A stretch of DNA of 64,000 bases from Hyphomicrobiales bacterium (lineage in GTDB: Bacteria; Pseudomonadota; Alphaproteobacteria; Rhizobiales; Beijerinckiaceae): positions 22,736 to 86,735 of the forward strand of contig JAPLOV010000129.1 of NCBI GenBank assembly GCA_026400565.1, written 5' to 3'. The notes beneath the pieces are model-generated. The model had not been told where the DNA came from, did no database searches, and saw only the letters and a program-made list of their open reading frames with translations. Shown here in pieces: positions 28,822 through 38,350 of the stretch. The position numbers were made by a program, and so were the translations under genes. The number at the start of each line of letters is the position of its first letter. The stretch's first letter is position 1.

Positions 28822-30036
28822 ATGACCAGCTTGTCAATGCAGGAGCGTTTTGCGGCTTTGCTTGGCCGGCCTGCCGTGGCCGACCTGATGGCGCTGACGA
28901 ACGGTGAAGGCGCCGAGACCCGCATCATCGGCGGGGCGGTGCGCAACACGCTGCTCAATCTGCCGACGACCGATATCGACCTTGCCACAACGCTGCGCCC
29001 CGACCAGATCATGGCGCGCGCCGGCAAGGCCGGTCACAAGGTCGTGCCGACCGGGATTGCCCACGGCACGATCACGGTGGTGATCGGCAAGGTACCGTTC
29101 GAGATCACCACGCTCCGGTGCGATGTGGCCACCGACGGGCGTCATGCCACGATCGCCTTTGCCGATAGTTTCGAGAAGGACGCGCTGCGGCGCGACTTCA
29201 CCATCAACCAGTTCTCGCTATCCGCCGAGGGCGTCGTGCACGACTACGCCGGCGGGCTGGCAGACCTTCAGGCGCGCCGGGTCCGCTTCATCGGTGACCC
29301 CGAAACACGCATCGCGGAGGACTACCTCCGGATCATGCGCTTCTTCCGCTTTCATGCCGCCTATGGCGAGGGACCGCTCGACGCGCCGGGGCTGGCAGCG
29401 TGCGTCCGGCTCCGGGCGGGCATGGCCAGGCTCTCGGCCGAGCGGATCAGGGCCGAACTGATGAAACTGCTGGCGGCGCGCGGCGCGGATGCGGTGGTGC
29501 CGGGCATGGTCGGCGCCGGCATCTGGTCCGGGATCACGAGGGGCCTTGCCGCAGACGTGCCGGCCTTTGAGGCCTGTGTTGCAATCTTTCCCGGCTCCGA
29601 TGCCGTGACGCGCCTGACGGCTCTTGGTGTGCGCAGCAGCGGCGATGCGGCGCAGCTGGACGAGCGGCTGCGGCTGAGCGCGGATGAGCGCAAACGCTGC
29701 GAGGCTGTGGCGACGCTGCTGGCCGAATGGAGCGATCCGGCAGCGCTGACCGACAAGGCGGTGCGCCTGTCCGGGCTGAGGCAGGGCGCGACAGCCGTGC
29801 TCGATGCGCTCGGCGCGCTGGCGCTGCACCTCGGCCCTGCCAGGACGCGGGCGCTGGCGGCCTTGCCGATCCCGTCTTCGCCGTTTCGCGGCGCCGACCT
29901 GCTGGCGCTCGGCGTGCCGGCTGGCCCTGCGGTCGGGGCGGCTCTCTCCGACGCGATCCGGCGCTGGGCCGACCTTGGTTTTCCCGATGATGCGACCACG
30001 CAGGCAGCGATCCTGCGCGATGTGACCGGCACCTGA
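28822..30036 (+). CDS. cca: CCA tRNA nucleotidyltransferase
   Basis: GGAVRN, DIDLAT, EITTLR, DALRRDFTIN, EDYLRIMRFFRF. Confidence 0.92.
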   Translation: MTSLSMQERFAALLGRPAVADLMALTNGEGAETRIIGGAVRNTLLNLPTTDIDLATTLRPDQIMARAGKAGHKVVPTGIAHGTITVVIGKVPFEITTLRCDVATDGRHATIAFADSFEKDALRRDFTINQFSLSAEGVVHDYAGGLADLQARRVRFIGDPETRIAEDYLRIMRFFRFHAAYGEGPLDAPGLAACVRLRAGMARLSAERIRAELMKLLAARGADAVVPGMVGAGIWSGITRGLAADVPAFEACVAIFPGSDAVTRLTALGVRSSGDAAQLDERLRLSADERKRCEAVATLLAEWSDPAALTDKAVRLSGLRQGATAVLDALGALALHLGPARTRALAALPIPSSPFRGADLLALGVPAGPAVGAALSDAIRRWADLGFPDDATTQAAILRDVTGT

Positions 30037-30059
30037 GCGGGCGACGCGGCAGACTTCGA

Positions 30060-30311
30060 TTATGCCGCCTTGTCGTCCTCGTTGTCTTCGTCTTCGTCCC
30101 CGTCATCCTCCGGCGAGGTGCGATCGTCGTCCTCGTCGCCGGCTTCATCGTCATAAGCCTCAAGCGCGAAGGTCGGGATCACGGCTTGTTTGAACTCGCC
30201 GAGTTCCTCGGAATAGAACAGGCAGGTCACCTGCTCGTTGGCGATGGACAGGACGGTCAGGGCCGGGCCGCCGGATTTCACATTGACGATATCGCCTTGG
30301 GAAAAGGTCAT
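30060..30311 (-). CDS. YodC/DUF2158 family protein with an acidic tail
   Basis: FSQGDIVNVKSGGPALTV; Asp/Glu-rich C-terminus. Confidence 0.8.
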   Translation of the reverse strand: MTFSQGDIVNVKSGGPALTVLSIANEQVTCLFYSEELGEFKQAVIPTFALEAYDDEAGDEDDDRTSPEDDGDEDEDNEDDKAA

Positions 30312-30503
30312 GGGTCAGGCTCCTGTTGTGAGGGACAACGGGAGCATGCCGCCTGATCGTGTCGGCCTGATGTCGGGCTTGCGACAGTTAAGGCGCGGCG
30401 TCTGTTTCCAGATGGTCCTCCCACCCGGCTGGAGCCGGTTCGCTCCGCTCCCAGGGCAACAGGTGGCCCGGGATGCCGAAGCGCTTTGCCTTTGCTGGCC
30501 GCC

Positions 30504-31439
30504 TCAGGGCCAGCGCACCGTGGGCGGCATCGATGACAGGATCGCATCGACATTGCCGCCGGTTTTCAGGCCGAAGATGGTGCCGCGGTCATACAACAGA
30601 TTGTATTCAACATAGCGTCCTCGCCTGACCTGCTGCTCGTTCCTGTCAGCGTCTGTCCATGGCGTGCCCATGTTGCGGCGGAGGACGGGCAGATAGGCAT
30701 CGAGGAAGGCGAGCCCGACATCGCGGGTGAAGGCGAGGTCAGCCTCCGGATCGCCGGTCCAGCGATAGTCGTAGAAGATGCCGCCGATGCCGCGTGGCTC
30801 GTTCCGGTGCTTGAGGAAGAAATATTCGTCGCACCAGGCCTTGTAGGCGGCATAGTCCACCGCATTGGCCTCGCAGGGGGCGCGCATGGCGGCGTGGAAG
30901 TGGACCGTGTCCGGATCATCCTGGGTGCGGCGGCGCATCAGCACCGGCGTCAGGTCCGCGCCGCCGCCGAACCAGGGCTTGGTGGTGACCACGAAGCGGG
31001 TGTTCATGTGCACGGTGGGCGCATGTGGGTTCCAGGGATGGGCGATCAGCGAAATGCCGGTGGCATGAAAACGCGGATCCTCGGCAGCGCCGGGGATCTG
31101 GCCCGCGAACTCGGGCTGGAAGGTGCCGAACACGGTCGAGACGTGAACGCCGACCTTTTCGAACACCCGCCCCGACATCATCGACATGACGCCGCCGCCG
31201 CCGGGCGAGCCGTCATGGTTGGTGCGCTGGTGGGGCGTGCGCACGAAACGGCCCGCAGCGGCAGGGGCATCGGGATGGAGCGGTCCGGCGCACTCATCCT
31301 CAATCTGCTCGAAGGCGGCGCAGATCCGGTCACGCAGCGCTTCGAATGTGGCCCGCGCACGCGGCTTCATCGCCTCGGCGAGGGCCATCTGTGCGGCCTT
31401 GCCGGCAGCCCCGGGGTCGATCATGGCAGCGTCACTCAT
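30504..31439 (-). CDS. hemF: Oxygen-dependent coproporphyrinogen III oxidase
   Basis: [58 protein letters not shown]. Confidence 0.95.
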   Translation of the reverse strand: MSDAAMIDPGAAGKAAQMALAEAMKPRARATFEALRDRICAAFEQIEDECAGPLHPDAPAAAGRFVRTPHQRTNHDGSPGGGGVMSMMSGRVFEKVGVHVSTVFGTFQPEFAGQIPGAAEDPRFHATGISLIAHPWNPHAPTVHMNTRFVVTTKPWFGGGADLTPVLMRRRTQDDPDTVHFHAAMRAPCEANAVDYAAYKAWCDEYFFLKHRNEPRGIGGIFYDYRWTGDPEADLAFTRDVGLAFLDAYLPVLRRNMGTPWTDADRNEQQVRRGRYVEYNLLYDRGTIFGLKTGGNVDAILSSMPPTVRWP

Positions 31440-31947
31440 CCGATGTTCCTGTCTTCTGTGGCGGCGAAGCGCCGGCTTGCGCCAGAAGGGCTGCGAAGCC
31501 ACCTGTCTGCCGCATGGCTTCCCCAAGAACCATGGCCGCCGCCGCCGCGACATTGATCGAACGCAAGCCGGCCATCTGCGGGATCAGCACGCTCGCATCG
31601 GCCATGGCGACGACCTCCCCGGTCACTCCCGCCGATTCGCGCCCCACCAGAAGGATGTCGGAGGGCTCGAAGGCAAAATCCGTGTAGGGGCAGGCGCCGT
31701 CGGTTTCAACCAGCACCAGCCTGTGGCCGGCCTGCCGCCGCCAGCGGTCGAAGGTTGCGAGGCTGTCATGCCGGCGGATGGCAGCGCGCTCGATGTAGTC
31801 CATACCGGCACGGCGGAAGTTGCGGTCCGAGACATCGAAGCCTGCCGGCTCGATGATGTCGATGGCCACGCCGAGGCAGGCGCACAGGCGCACCAGTGTG
31901 CCCGTGTTCTGCGGGATGTCGGGCTGAAACAGGGCAAGGCGAGGCAT
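31432..31947 (-). CDS. trmL: tRNA (cytidine/uridine-34-2'-O)-methyltransferase
   Basis: [27 protein letters not shown] (SPOUT fold). Confidence 0.92.
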   Translation of the reverse strand: MPRLALFQPDIPQNTGTLVRLCACLGVAIDIIEPAGFDVSDRNFRRAGMDYIERAAIRRHDSLATFDRWRRQAGHRLVLVETDGACPYTDFAFEPSDILLVGRESAGVTGEVVAMADASVLIPQMAGLRSINVAAAAAMVLGEAMRQTGGFAALLAQAGASPPQKTGTSDE

Positions 31948-32015
31948 GGGCCGACTCTGTCATTGCTGCCCGAATGGCGCAACCGGTGCCCTTGCGCGGC
32001 GGATCGTGGCCTTCC

Positions 32016-33120
32016 TCAGAAACGCGGTGGCCAGGGGCGCTGCGGGGGAGGCTCGGGGGGCCGTGCTTCCGGCGCGAACCGTTCCTGCGGCTGCAAGGAG
32101 GCGCCTGCGGGCGGCCGATAGCTCTGCCGACCGGCGGGGACGGGTAGTGCGCGCACCGGAGCCACGCTCGATTGCGGTTTGCGCGGATCTTCCAGCGCGA
32201 ACGGATCATTGTCCGGATCGATGCCCTCGCCGTCCGGATCACCGAGAACCAGCTCTTCGGTGAAGTGGCCGGAGCCCGGCAGACGGATCGGGCCGCCAGA
32301 CTGGGCCGAACCGAACCGCGCTGGCTGATGGCGGAACCGCCTGAGGCTGGCTGCGGGCGATGCTGCTGCGGGGCTCGTCTGTGGGCGTTTGCTGCCGCGC
32401 ATTCCAGTTGCGGGCCGGATCATACGGGATCTGGTCGCGGCGCGGGGTGAACTTGATCACCGGGCGGCAGATCGAGCGCCCTCCGGCATGGCGCGCCAGA
32501 TCGACATGGAAATGGTCATAATGGAACATGTCGGCGCCGGGGCCGAGCACCGTCTTGTAGTGGGAGCAGGCCCCGACAAAAACCTCGCGCAGGAAGTCCT
32601 GTTCCTGGGGCGATCCGCGCCAGCCGTTCTTGACAGTGATCTCGCGGCCATCGGCGGTGCGGAAGGCGAAGATGTCGAGCGCGTTGCCGAAGGAATGCTC
32701 CGAGCGGCGGGCCGTGCCGGTGCCGTTGTTCATGGAGCGGCAGGAATAGGAGCCGGCCTTCATCTCGATGATCTGGCTTCCGAGCACACCCATGGCGGCG
32801 GGCTGCACGACCTGTTCGAGGAAGCGGTCGGTGGTGGAGACAATGGGGCAGGCGAGGGTCTGTGTCGCCGCCACGCCGATCTGGCCGGCGGCGAAGGCAT
32901 TGACCCGCAACGGCTGCTCCATGCCGCAGGAGCCGGCACCCTGGATCGGCGAGCCCCTGAGCGAGACATAGGCCGACGTGCGCACCTCGCCCCTGGCAAG
33001 ACACGCAGCTTCTGCCTCATCACGCCATGCCGCGCGCTGCTCGCGAAACCCGCGGCCACAACTCGCCAGAACAACGCCGATGAGCGCAAGGCCAAGGAAC
33101 GCAACGCAACCTTTACGCAT
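32016..33120 (-). CDS. Extensin-like family lipoprotein; probable frameshift near 32300-32340
   Basis: Lipobox VLASC; extensin C-domain GSYSCR, SEHSFGNALD, CSHYKTVLGP, HYDHFHVD. The frame ending at 32239 loses codon bias, while the alternative frame to 32016 is host-like. Confidence 0.72.
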
Positions 33121-33208
33121 GACCGCAAAATGCGCGACAAGCTTTAATGTCTCGCTAACGAATTGTGGCGGCGGGAAGGCATCTTGGCCGGATACAGGAG
33201 CAAGACCG

Positions 33209-33439
33209 ATGGAGGGCAAGGCCCGCTTTATATTTCCCGTGCTGATGGCCGGGATCATGGCTTTTCTGATGACGGGGCTGATCACCTGGCTCAACCTGGG
33301 CTTCCCACCCGGCTTCGGCTGGCTTTGGGCAAGAGCCTTCCTGATCGCTTGGCCCGCCGCAACTGTTGCGGCTTTTGTTGCAATCCCCACGGCAAGAAAG
33401 GCAACTGCAAGTATTATAAAATTTATCGAAAGACCCTGA
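33209..33439 (+). CDS. DUF2798 domain membrane protein
   Basis: MAGIMAFLMTG..W.RAFLIAWP pattern; AGGAG upstream. Confidence 0.8.
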   Translation: MEGKARFIFPVLMAGIMAFLMTGLITWLNLGFPPGFGWLWARAFLIAWPAATVAAFVAIPTARKATASIIKFIERP

Positions 33440-33489
33440 AAATAAAAAATCTGCATTTCTTCTTTTTTAGTCTCGGTCCACCATAAATA

Positions 33490-33516
33490 TGGTTAAAATG
33501 TTAACGATCTGTTGAC
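33490..33516 (+). promoter_or_regulatory. CtrA-like binding site
   Basis: TTAA-cgatctg-TTGAC at 33501-33516 (one mismatch to TTAA-N7-TTAAC), plus TTAACCAT on the minus strand at 33490-33497. Confidence 0.5.
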
Positions 33517-33625
33517 CGGTCTGTTCACGCAGGATGATGCGGCGCAGCATCCTGTGCATAAAGAATCCTGTTGCGGGTTGATGGCGTTTTGGTAGTCTCA
33601 ACGCTGTTATCCAACGGAGGTGACA

Positions 33626-33709
33626 ATGGCTTGGACATCCACAATCGATCGATTGGCCATGGCTGCTGCGTTTGCCCTGGTGGTTGCGGTGGTGTTCGGC
33701 GCGCTGTGA
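33626..33709 (+). CDS. Small single-pass membrane protein (27 aa), below the ORF-track cutoff
   Basis: ACGGAGGTGACA-ATG; MAWTSTIDRLAMAAAFALVVAVVFGAL*. Confidence 0.65.
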   Translation: MAWTSTIDRLAMAAAFALVVAVVFGAL

Positions 33710-33970
33710 GCGGCTTGCCGTCCTGCTTGTCTGATTTCTCTTTCCTGGTCGCGTTTTCCTGACGGGCCGTCTGTGTCCTGGCCAAACACAGAGAAAAGCC
33801 GCAGCATCCGTGCTGCGGCTTTCCTGTTTCAGGCGTAGCACCAGTCGGCAGCTTGTCTGGCTTTGCGTGGCAAACAGGCCGATTGCCCTGGCTCGACCGC
33901 ATCCTTGACCCCATCCAGGTGGAACCCGCGCGCCCGTTTCGTGGAACATCGGCGACAACGCGGGTCTTGC

Positions 33971-34025
33971 GATCTCCTGCCGATCTCCTGCCGATCTCCT
34001 GCCGATCTTCTGCCGATCTCCTGCC
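33971..34025 (+). repeat. 11-nt tandem repeat x5 just 3' of prfC
   Basis: (gatctcctgcc)x5 with one variant unit, gatcttctgcc. Confidence 0.9.
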
Positions 34026-34031
34026 GGCCCC

Positions 34032-35660
34032 TCACGCTGCCTTCTGGTAGTCCTTGATGTCGCTGAAGACGAGGCCGGGCGCGCGTTCGGCTTCGTAGCG
34101 CAGCGAGAACGGGCTTGAGGCCATGAAGACGGGGTCGCCGTCGAGGTCGTCGGCCATCGAGGAAGCGTGGCTGCTGACGAACTTGTCGAGCGCGATGGCA
34201 TCGGGCGAGGTCAGCCAGCGGCAGATCGTGAACTGGCAGGTCTCGAACTCGACGGGGATGGTGTATTCCGCGTCCAGCCGCTCCTTCAGCACGTCAAGCT
34301 GGAGGGCGCCGACGACGCCGACGATGGCGGGTGCGCCATCATGCGGCACGAACAGCTGCACCACGCCTTCCTCGGCCATCTGCTGCAACGCTTCGCGGAG
34401 TTTCTTGGACTTCATCGCGTCCTTGAGCTTGACGCGGCGCAGGATTTCCGGCGCGAAACTCGGCACGCCGCGAAAGACGATGTCCTCGCCGTCGGTGAGC
34501 GTGTCGCCGATGCGCAGCGAGCCATGGTTGGGAATGCCGACGATGTCGCCGGCATAGGCCTCGTCAGCAATCTGGCGATCCTGCGCGAAGAAGAACTGCG
34601 GGGCCGACAGCGACATCGGCTTGGCGGTGCGCACCAGCCTGGCCTTCATGCCGCGCGTCAGCTTGCCAGAGCAGACGCGCACGAAAGCGATGCGGTCGCG
34701 GTGATTGGGGTCCATGTTCGCCTGGATCTTGAAGACGAAGCTGGTCATCTTCGGCTCGTCAGCCGAGACGGTGCGTGTCGCGGCGATCTGGGCGCGGGGA
34801 GGGGGGGCCAGCTTGCCGATGGCCTCGATCAGGTCGCGCACGCCATAATCGCGCAGGGCCGCGCCGAAATAGACCGGGGTGAGGTGACCCTCGCGGAAGG
34901 CTGCCATGTCGAACGGCTTCATCCCGCCCTTGGCCAGCATGACCTCGTCGCGCCATTCGCTGACGGAGTGCGGCAGCAGCGTGTCAAAAACCGCATCCTC
35001 GGGCCCGCTCACGGGCTGGTCCGGCGCGTCGGTCTGGTTGGTGCGCATGAAGCGGCCATGCAGATCATAGGTGCCGACGAATTCGCGCCCGCGCCCAATC
35101 GGCCAGGTCATGGCGGTGGCGTCAAGGGCCAGTGTCTTTTCGATCTCGTCGATCAGATCGAACGGATCACGGGTTTCTCGATCCATCTTGTTGATGAAGG
35201 TGATGATCGGGATGTCACGGAGGCGGCAGACCTCGAACAGCTGCTTGGTGCGCGCCTCGATGCCCTTGGCGGCGTCGATCACCATCACGGCCGAATCGAC
35301 CGCCGTCAGCGTACGATAGGTGTCGTCCGAGAAGTCCTCGTGGCCCGGCGTGTCGAGCAGGTTATAGACACAGCCGCCATGCTCGAAGGTCATCACCGAG
35401 GTAACGACCGAAATGCCGCGCTGCCGCTCGATCTTCATCCAGTCCGATGAGGTCTGGCGGCGGCCGGCCTTGGCCTTGACCTCCCCGGCAAGCTGGATCG
35501 CGCCGCCGAACATCAGCAGCTTCTCGGTCAGCGTGGTTTTCCCTGCGTCCGGGTGCGAGATGATCGCAAAGGTGCGGCGGCGCTGGTGTTCGGCCAAGGG
35601 CGCGGTGCTGGAGGCTGCGCCGGCGGACGATCTTGGGTCGGGCGAATTGCTATCGGTCAT
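34032..35660 (-). CDS. prfC: Peptide chain release factor 3
   Basis: RRTFAIISHPDAGKTT, ERQRGISV, DTPGHEDFS, NKMD. Confidence 0.96.
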   Translation of the reverse strand: MTDSNSPDPRSSAGAASSTAPLAEHQRRRTFAIISHPDAGKTTLTEKLLMFGGAIQLAGEVKAKAGRRQTSSDWMKIERQRGISVVTSVMTFEHGGCVYNLLDTPGHEDFSDDTYRTLTAVDSAVMVIDAAKGIEARTKQLFEVCRLRDIPIITFINKMDRETRDPFDLIDEIEKTLALDATAMTWPIGRGREFVGTYDLHGRFMRTNQTDAPDQPVSGPEDAVFDTLLPHSVSEWRDEVMLAKGGMKPFDMAAFREGHLTPVYFGAALRDYGVRDLIEAIGKLAPPPRAQIAATRTVSADEPKMTSFVFKIQANMDPNHRDRIAFVRVCSGKLTRGMKARLVRTAKPMSLSAPQFFFAQDRQIADEAYAGDIVGIPNHGSLRIGDTLTDGEDIVFRGVPSFAPEILRRVKLKDAMKSKKLREALQQMAEEGVVQLFVPHDGAPAIVGVVGALQLDVLKERLDAEYTIPVEFETCQFTICRWLTSPDAIALDKFVSSHASSMADDLDGDPVFMASSPFSLRYEAERAPGLVFSDIKDYQKAA

Positions 35661-35853
35661 GGGCGCTTGAGTAGCGGCGAATGCGCCGCTGTCAATTCCG
35701 CCGGTCATGACCTGATGGCGCTTGCCGGGTTTCGGGCGCGCCGCGCCTCATGGCCTTTCAACGGTTCATGTGTGTCCAATAGCGCTTGCCAGTGTGCGGG
35801 GCATCGGACATGATTGGCGGCCTTCTGGTCCTCGCTCCCTTCGTTGCCTCGGC

Positions 35854-36522
35854 ATGTCGTCAGTCCCTGAGCATCATCGCCTGTTTGAGCGGCCCTACAG
35901 CCGTGCCGAGATCATTTCGGACGGGGCAGTGCATATCGTTGGTCTCGTGGCGGCGCTGATCGGCCTCACAGCGCTCGTGATGCTGACCGCGCGCTGGCGC
36001 GGCATGGTCGAGGTTTCTGCGGTCGTGATCTACGGCGTGGCGCTGGTGACGATGCTGGGTTGTTCGCTGGCCTACAACATGATGCCGATCTCGCCGCTGA
36101 AGTGGTTGCTGCGGCGCTTCGACCATTGCGGTATCTACCTGCTGATCGCCGGCACCTACACGCCGCTGCTGACGCAGGTCTCCGATCCGTTCACGGCCTA
36201 TGCGCTCGCGGTGACCGTCTGGGGCGGGGCGATCACGGGGATTGTCATGTCGCTGGGCTTTCCGGGCCGTGGCGAGAAGTTCAAGGTTGCCGCCTATCTG
36301 GCGCTGGCCTGGGTGGCGGTACTGGCCTTCAAGCCGCTGACGGCGTCCTTGCCAGCGCTGACCATGACACTGGTCGTGGCGGGCGGTGTGCTCTACACAG
36401 CGGGCGTGATCTTCTATCGGTGGAACAGCCTGAAGTTCCAGAACGTGATCTGGCATGGTTTCGTGGTCTGCGCTGCAACCTGTCATTTCGCCGCGATTGC
36501 CTCGGCCATGGCAGGGCTCTGA
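35854..36522 (+). CDS. Hemolysin III / PAQR family membrane protein
   Basis: RRFDHCGIYLLIAGTYTP, GGVLYTAGVIFY, IWHGFV. Confidence 0.9.
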   Translation: MSSVPEHHRLFERPYSRAEIISDGAVHIVGLVAALIGLTALVMLTARWRGMVEVSAVVIYGVALVTMLGCSLAYNMMPISPLKWLLRRFDHCGIYLLIAGTYTPLLTQVSDPFTAYALAVTVWGGAITGIVMSLGFPGRGEKFKVAAYLALAWVAVLAFKPLTASLPALTMTLVVAGGVLYTAGVIFYRWNSLKFQNVIWHGFVVCAATCHFAAIASAMAGL

Positions 36523-36559
36523 GCGGCGCCGGCCGCGGCGGTCACAGAGGAGCGTCAGG

Positions 36560-36624
36560 CTTGCAGGTCTCTTGCAGGTCTCTTGCAGGTCTCTTGCAGG
36601 TCTCTTGCAGGTCTCTTGCAGGTC
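36560..36624 (+). repeat. 11-nt tandem repeat x6
   Basis: (cttgcaggtct)x5 plus a partial sixth unit. Confidence 0.92.
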
Positions 36625-36667
36625 CGCGGTGACTGTCCGCCCTGCGTGACGGGCATGCAATCAGTGA

Positions 36668-36696
36668 TTGACTCCGGCAGCGTCTGTCGGTAAACA
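36668..36696 (+). promoter_or_regulatory. sigma70-like promoter of cspA, giving a 5' UTR of about 135 nt
   Basis: TTGACT-N17-TAAACA. Long leaders are typical of csp thermosensors. Confidence 0.6.
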
Positions 36697-36836
36697 TGGC
36701 AGACGATTTTAGGCCGGATACCTAGGCCCGCCGCGCGTTTAGCGTCGGTCTGCTGATGAGCTTCTTTCCAAAGTCGAGCAATGCGCGATCAGGCACATTC
36801 GCAAGGTCGTCGTTTCATCCACGAAGGTAAGAGAAC

Positions 36837-37046
36837 ATGAGCGAAGGTACGGTAAAGTGGTTCAACGCAACGAAGGGCTATGGTTTCATCCAGCCCAGCG
36901 ATGGTGGAACCGATGTGTTTGTGCATGTGAGCGCCGTTGAACGCGCTGGCATCCGCGAACTCCGCGAAGGTCAGAAGGTCAGCTACGAGCTGGTCCAGGA
37001 TCGTCGCTCCGGCAAGATGTCGGCGGATCAGCTGCAGGTTCTCTGA
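36837..37046 (+). CDS. cspA: Cold-shock protein
   Basis: [23 protein letters not shown]. Confidence 0.96.
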   Translation: MSEGTVKWFNATKGYGFIQPSDGGTDVFVHVSAVERAGIRELREGQKVSYELVQDRRSGKMSADQLQVL

Positions 37047-37156
37047 ACCTTCCAGCAAACCAATCCTGTCCAGCGACGGCTGATGCCCTTGCTGCCGGTG
37101 ACCACGGATGTAATGGCACCCGGCGTAACAAACGGTATCGCCCACTGGGCATGACG

Positions 37157-37190
37157 AGGGGTCAGGTTTACGCCTGGCCCTTTTTATTTT
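37157..37190 (+). terminator. Intrinsic terminator of cspA
   Basis: aggggtcagg-tttacg-cctggccctt followed by tttatttt. Confidence 0.75.
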
Positions 37191-37443
37191 CTGATGTCCC
37201 GTTGCACGACAAGGCTGGAAAACCGGCCGCGATGGCGCTAAAGCCAAGGCCGGACAGCGATGGGCGGTGCCTGAAACCGGGCGCGGCCACGCTGGCTTGA
37301 AATCAGGCCCCGTCCAGAGGGCGGGCCGGGTTCCGGGCTCAGGCGAGGTAATGGCATTGCTGTCCTTCACCGATGCGGGACAGGTGTTCCCCTTCACAGA
37401 CCGGCGGAACGGTTCCGCCCGACAAGACCATGGAGACGATGAC

Positions 37444-37833
37444 TTGAATAACATGCCAGGCCGGACTTTTCAGGATCGACAGCAGGCGTCGAGCGACGCC
37501 AAGGCCAAGATGCTTGAGCGCTTCAAGGCGCGACCGGCTGAAGACGACCCCACAATTGCCCGCCTCAGGGCCGAGCGTCAGGCCGTCTTCGAGGCCCGCA
37601 AGGCCCGCGAAGCCGAGCGCGAGGCTGAGAAGGAAGCTGCCCGCAAGCTCGCCGCCGAAACGGCCGCCATCGAGAAGGCCGCCCGCGAGGAGGCAGAACG
37701 CAAGGCCGCTGCCGAACGCGAGGCTGCCCGGATTGCAGAGGAAGCCCGCATTCTGGCCGAAGCGCCGCGCAAGAGCCTGATGGACGCCGTGCAGTACATG
37801 CAACAGCGCGCAGCCGGCAAGGGCCGCCGCTAG
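37444..37833 (+). CDS. DUF6481-like charged helical protein
   Basis: FQDRQQASSDAKAKMLERFKARP...RKAREAERE; GGAGA upstream of TTG 37444 (ATG 37453 is an alternative). Confidence 0.7.
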   Translation: MNNMPGRTFQDRQQASSDAKAKMLERFKARPAEDDPTIARLRAERQAVFEARKAREAEREAEKEAARKLAAETAAIEKAAREEAERKAAAEREAARIAEEARILAEAPRKSLMDAVQYMQQRAAGKGRR

Positions 37834-38054
37834 ATCTTGGCGGTGTGATCGCCGGACCGCTGCTCGCGCTTCGCGGCAGGCTCCGGGACTGTTGCGCGCT
37901 GGCCCATGCGGCGCGCCGCGAACCAGGATGTGCCGGTCGTGACCCGATGTCGCGCCGGCCCATCCCGTGAACCGACAGGTGCTGCCATCATGCGGTCGCG
38001 ATCCTGCGGCCGCGGGACAGCGCCCGCTCGCTGGACCTGTGAAAGGCTCCGCCC

Positions 38055-38312
38055 ATGTCGACCCGGAAGATGGACAGTTTCGAGATCCTGCGCCGCGCCC
38101 AGCAGCCACAGGAATTGGCCGACGAGCGCAAGCGCGATGCCAAGAAGCTGATCACTGCGATGCACCAGAAGGACGAGGAGGTCAGCGCCCGCATGGCAAA
38201 GCTGCGCGCACTCCGCCTTGCCCAGGAAGCGGCTGATCTGGCCGCTGCGCCACCGCCCGTGCCCAAGAAGAAGCCGGCAGCCCGCAAGACGGCGGTCAAG
38301 AAGGCCGGCTGA
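38055..38312 (+). CDS. Small basic hypothetical protein
   Basis: Host-like codons; MAKLRALRLAQEA motif and Lys-rich tail PKKKPAARKTAVKKAG. Confidence 0.75.
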   Translation: MSTRKMDSFEILRRAQQPQELADERKRDAKKLITAMHQKDEEVSARMAKLRALRLAQEAADLAAAPPPVPKKKPAARKTAVKKAG

Positions 38313-38350
38313 CAGGGCTGGCGGTCTCTCTCCAAAGACGTCGGACGGCG

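Noticed and set aside
28822-31947. A tRNA gene or integration site near cca/trmL
   Set aside because: No cloverleaf or T-loop GTTCRA pattern was found in the intergenic gaps, and there is no integrase.
33467-34201. 244-aa ORF spanning the prfC end and the repeat
   Set aside because: Overlaps prfC in another frame and only translates the tandem repeat.
33971-36624. Tandem arrays as possible CRISPR repeats
   Set aside because: Units are 11 nt and contiguous, with no unique spacers, and no cas genes are nearby.
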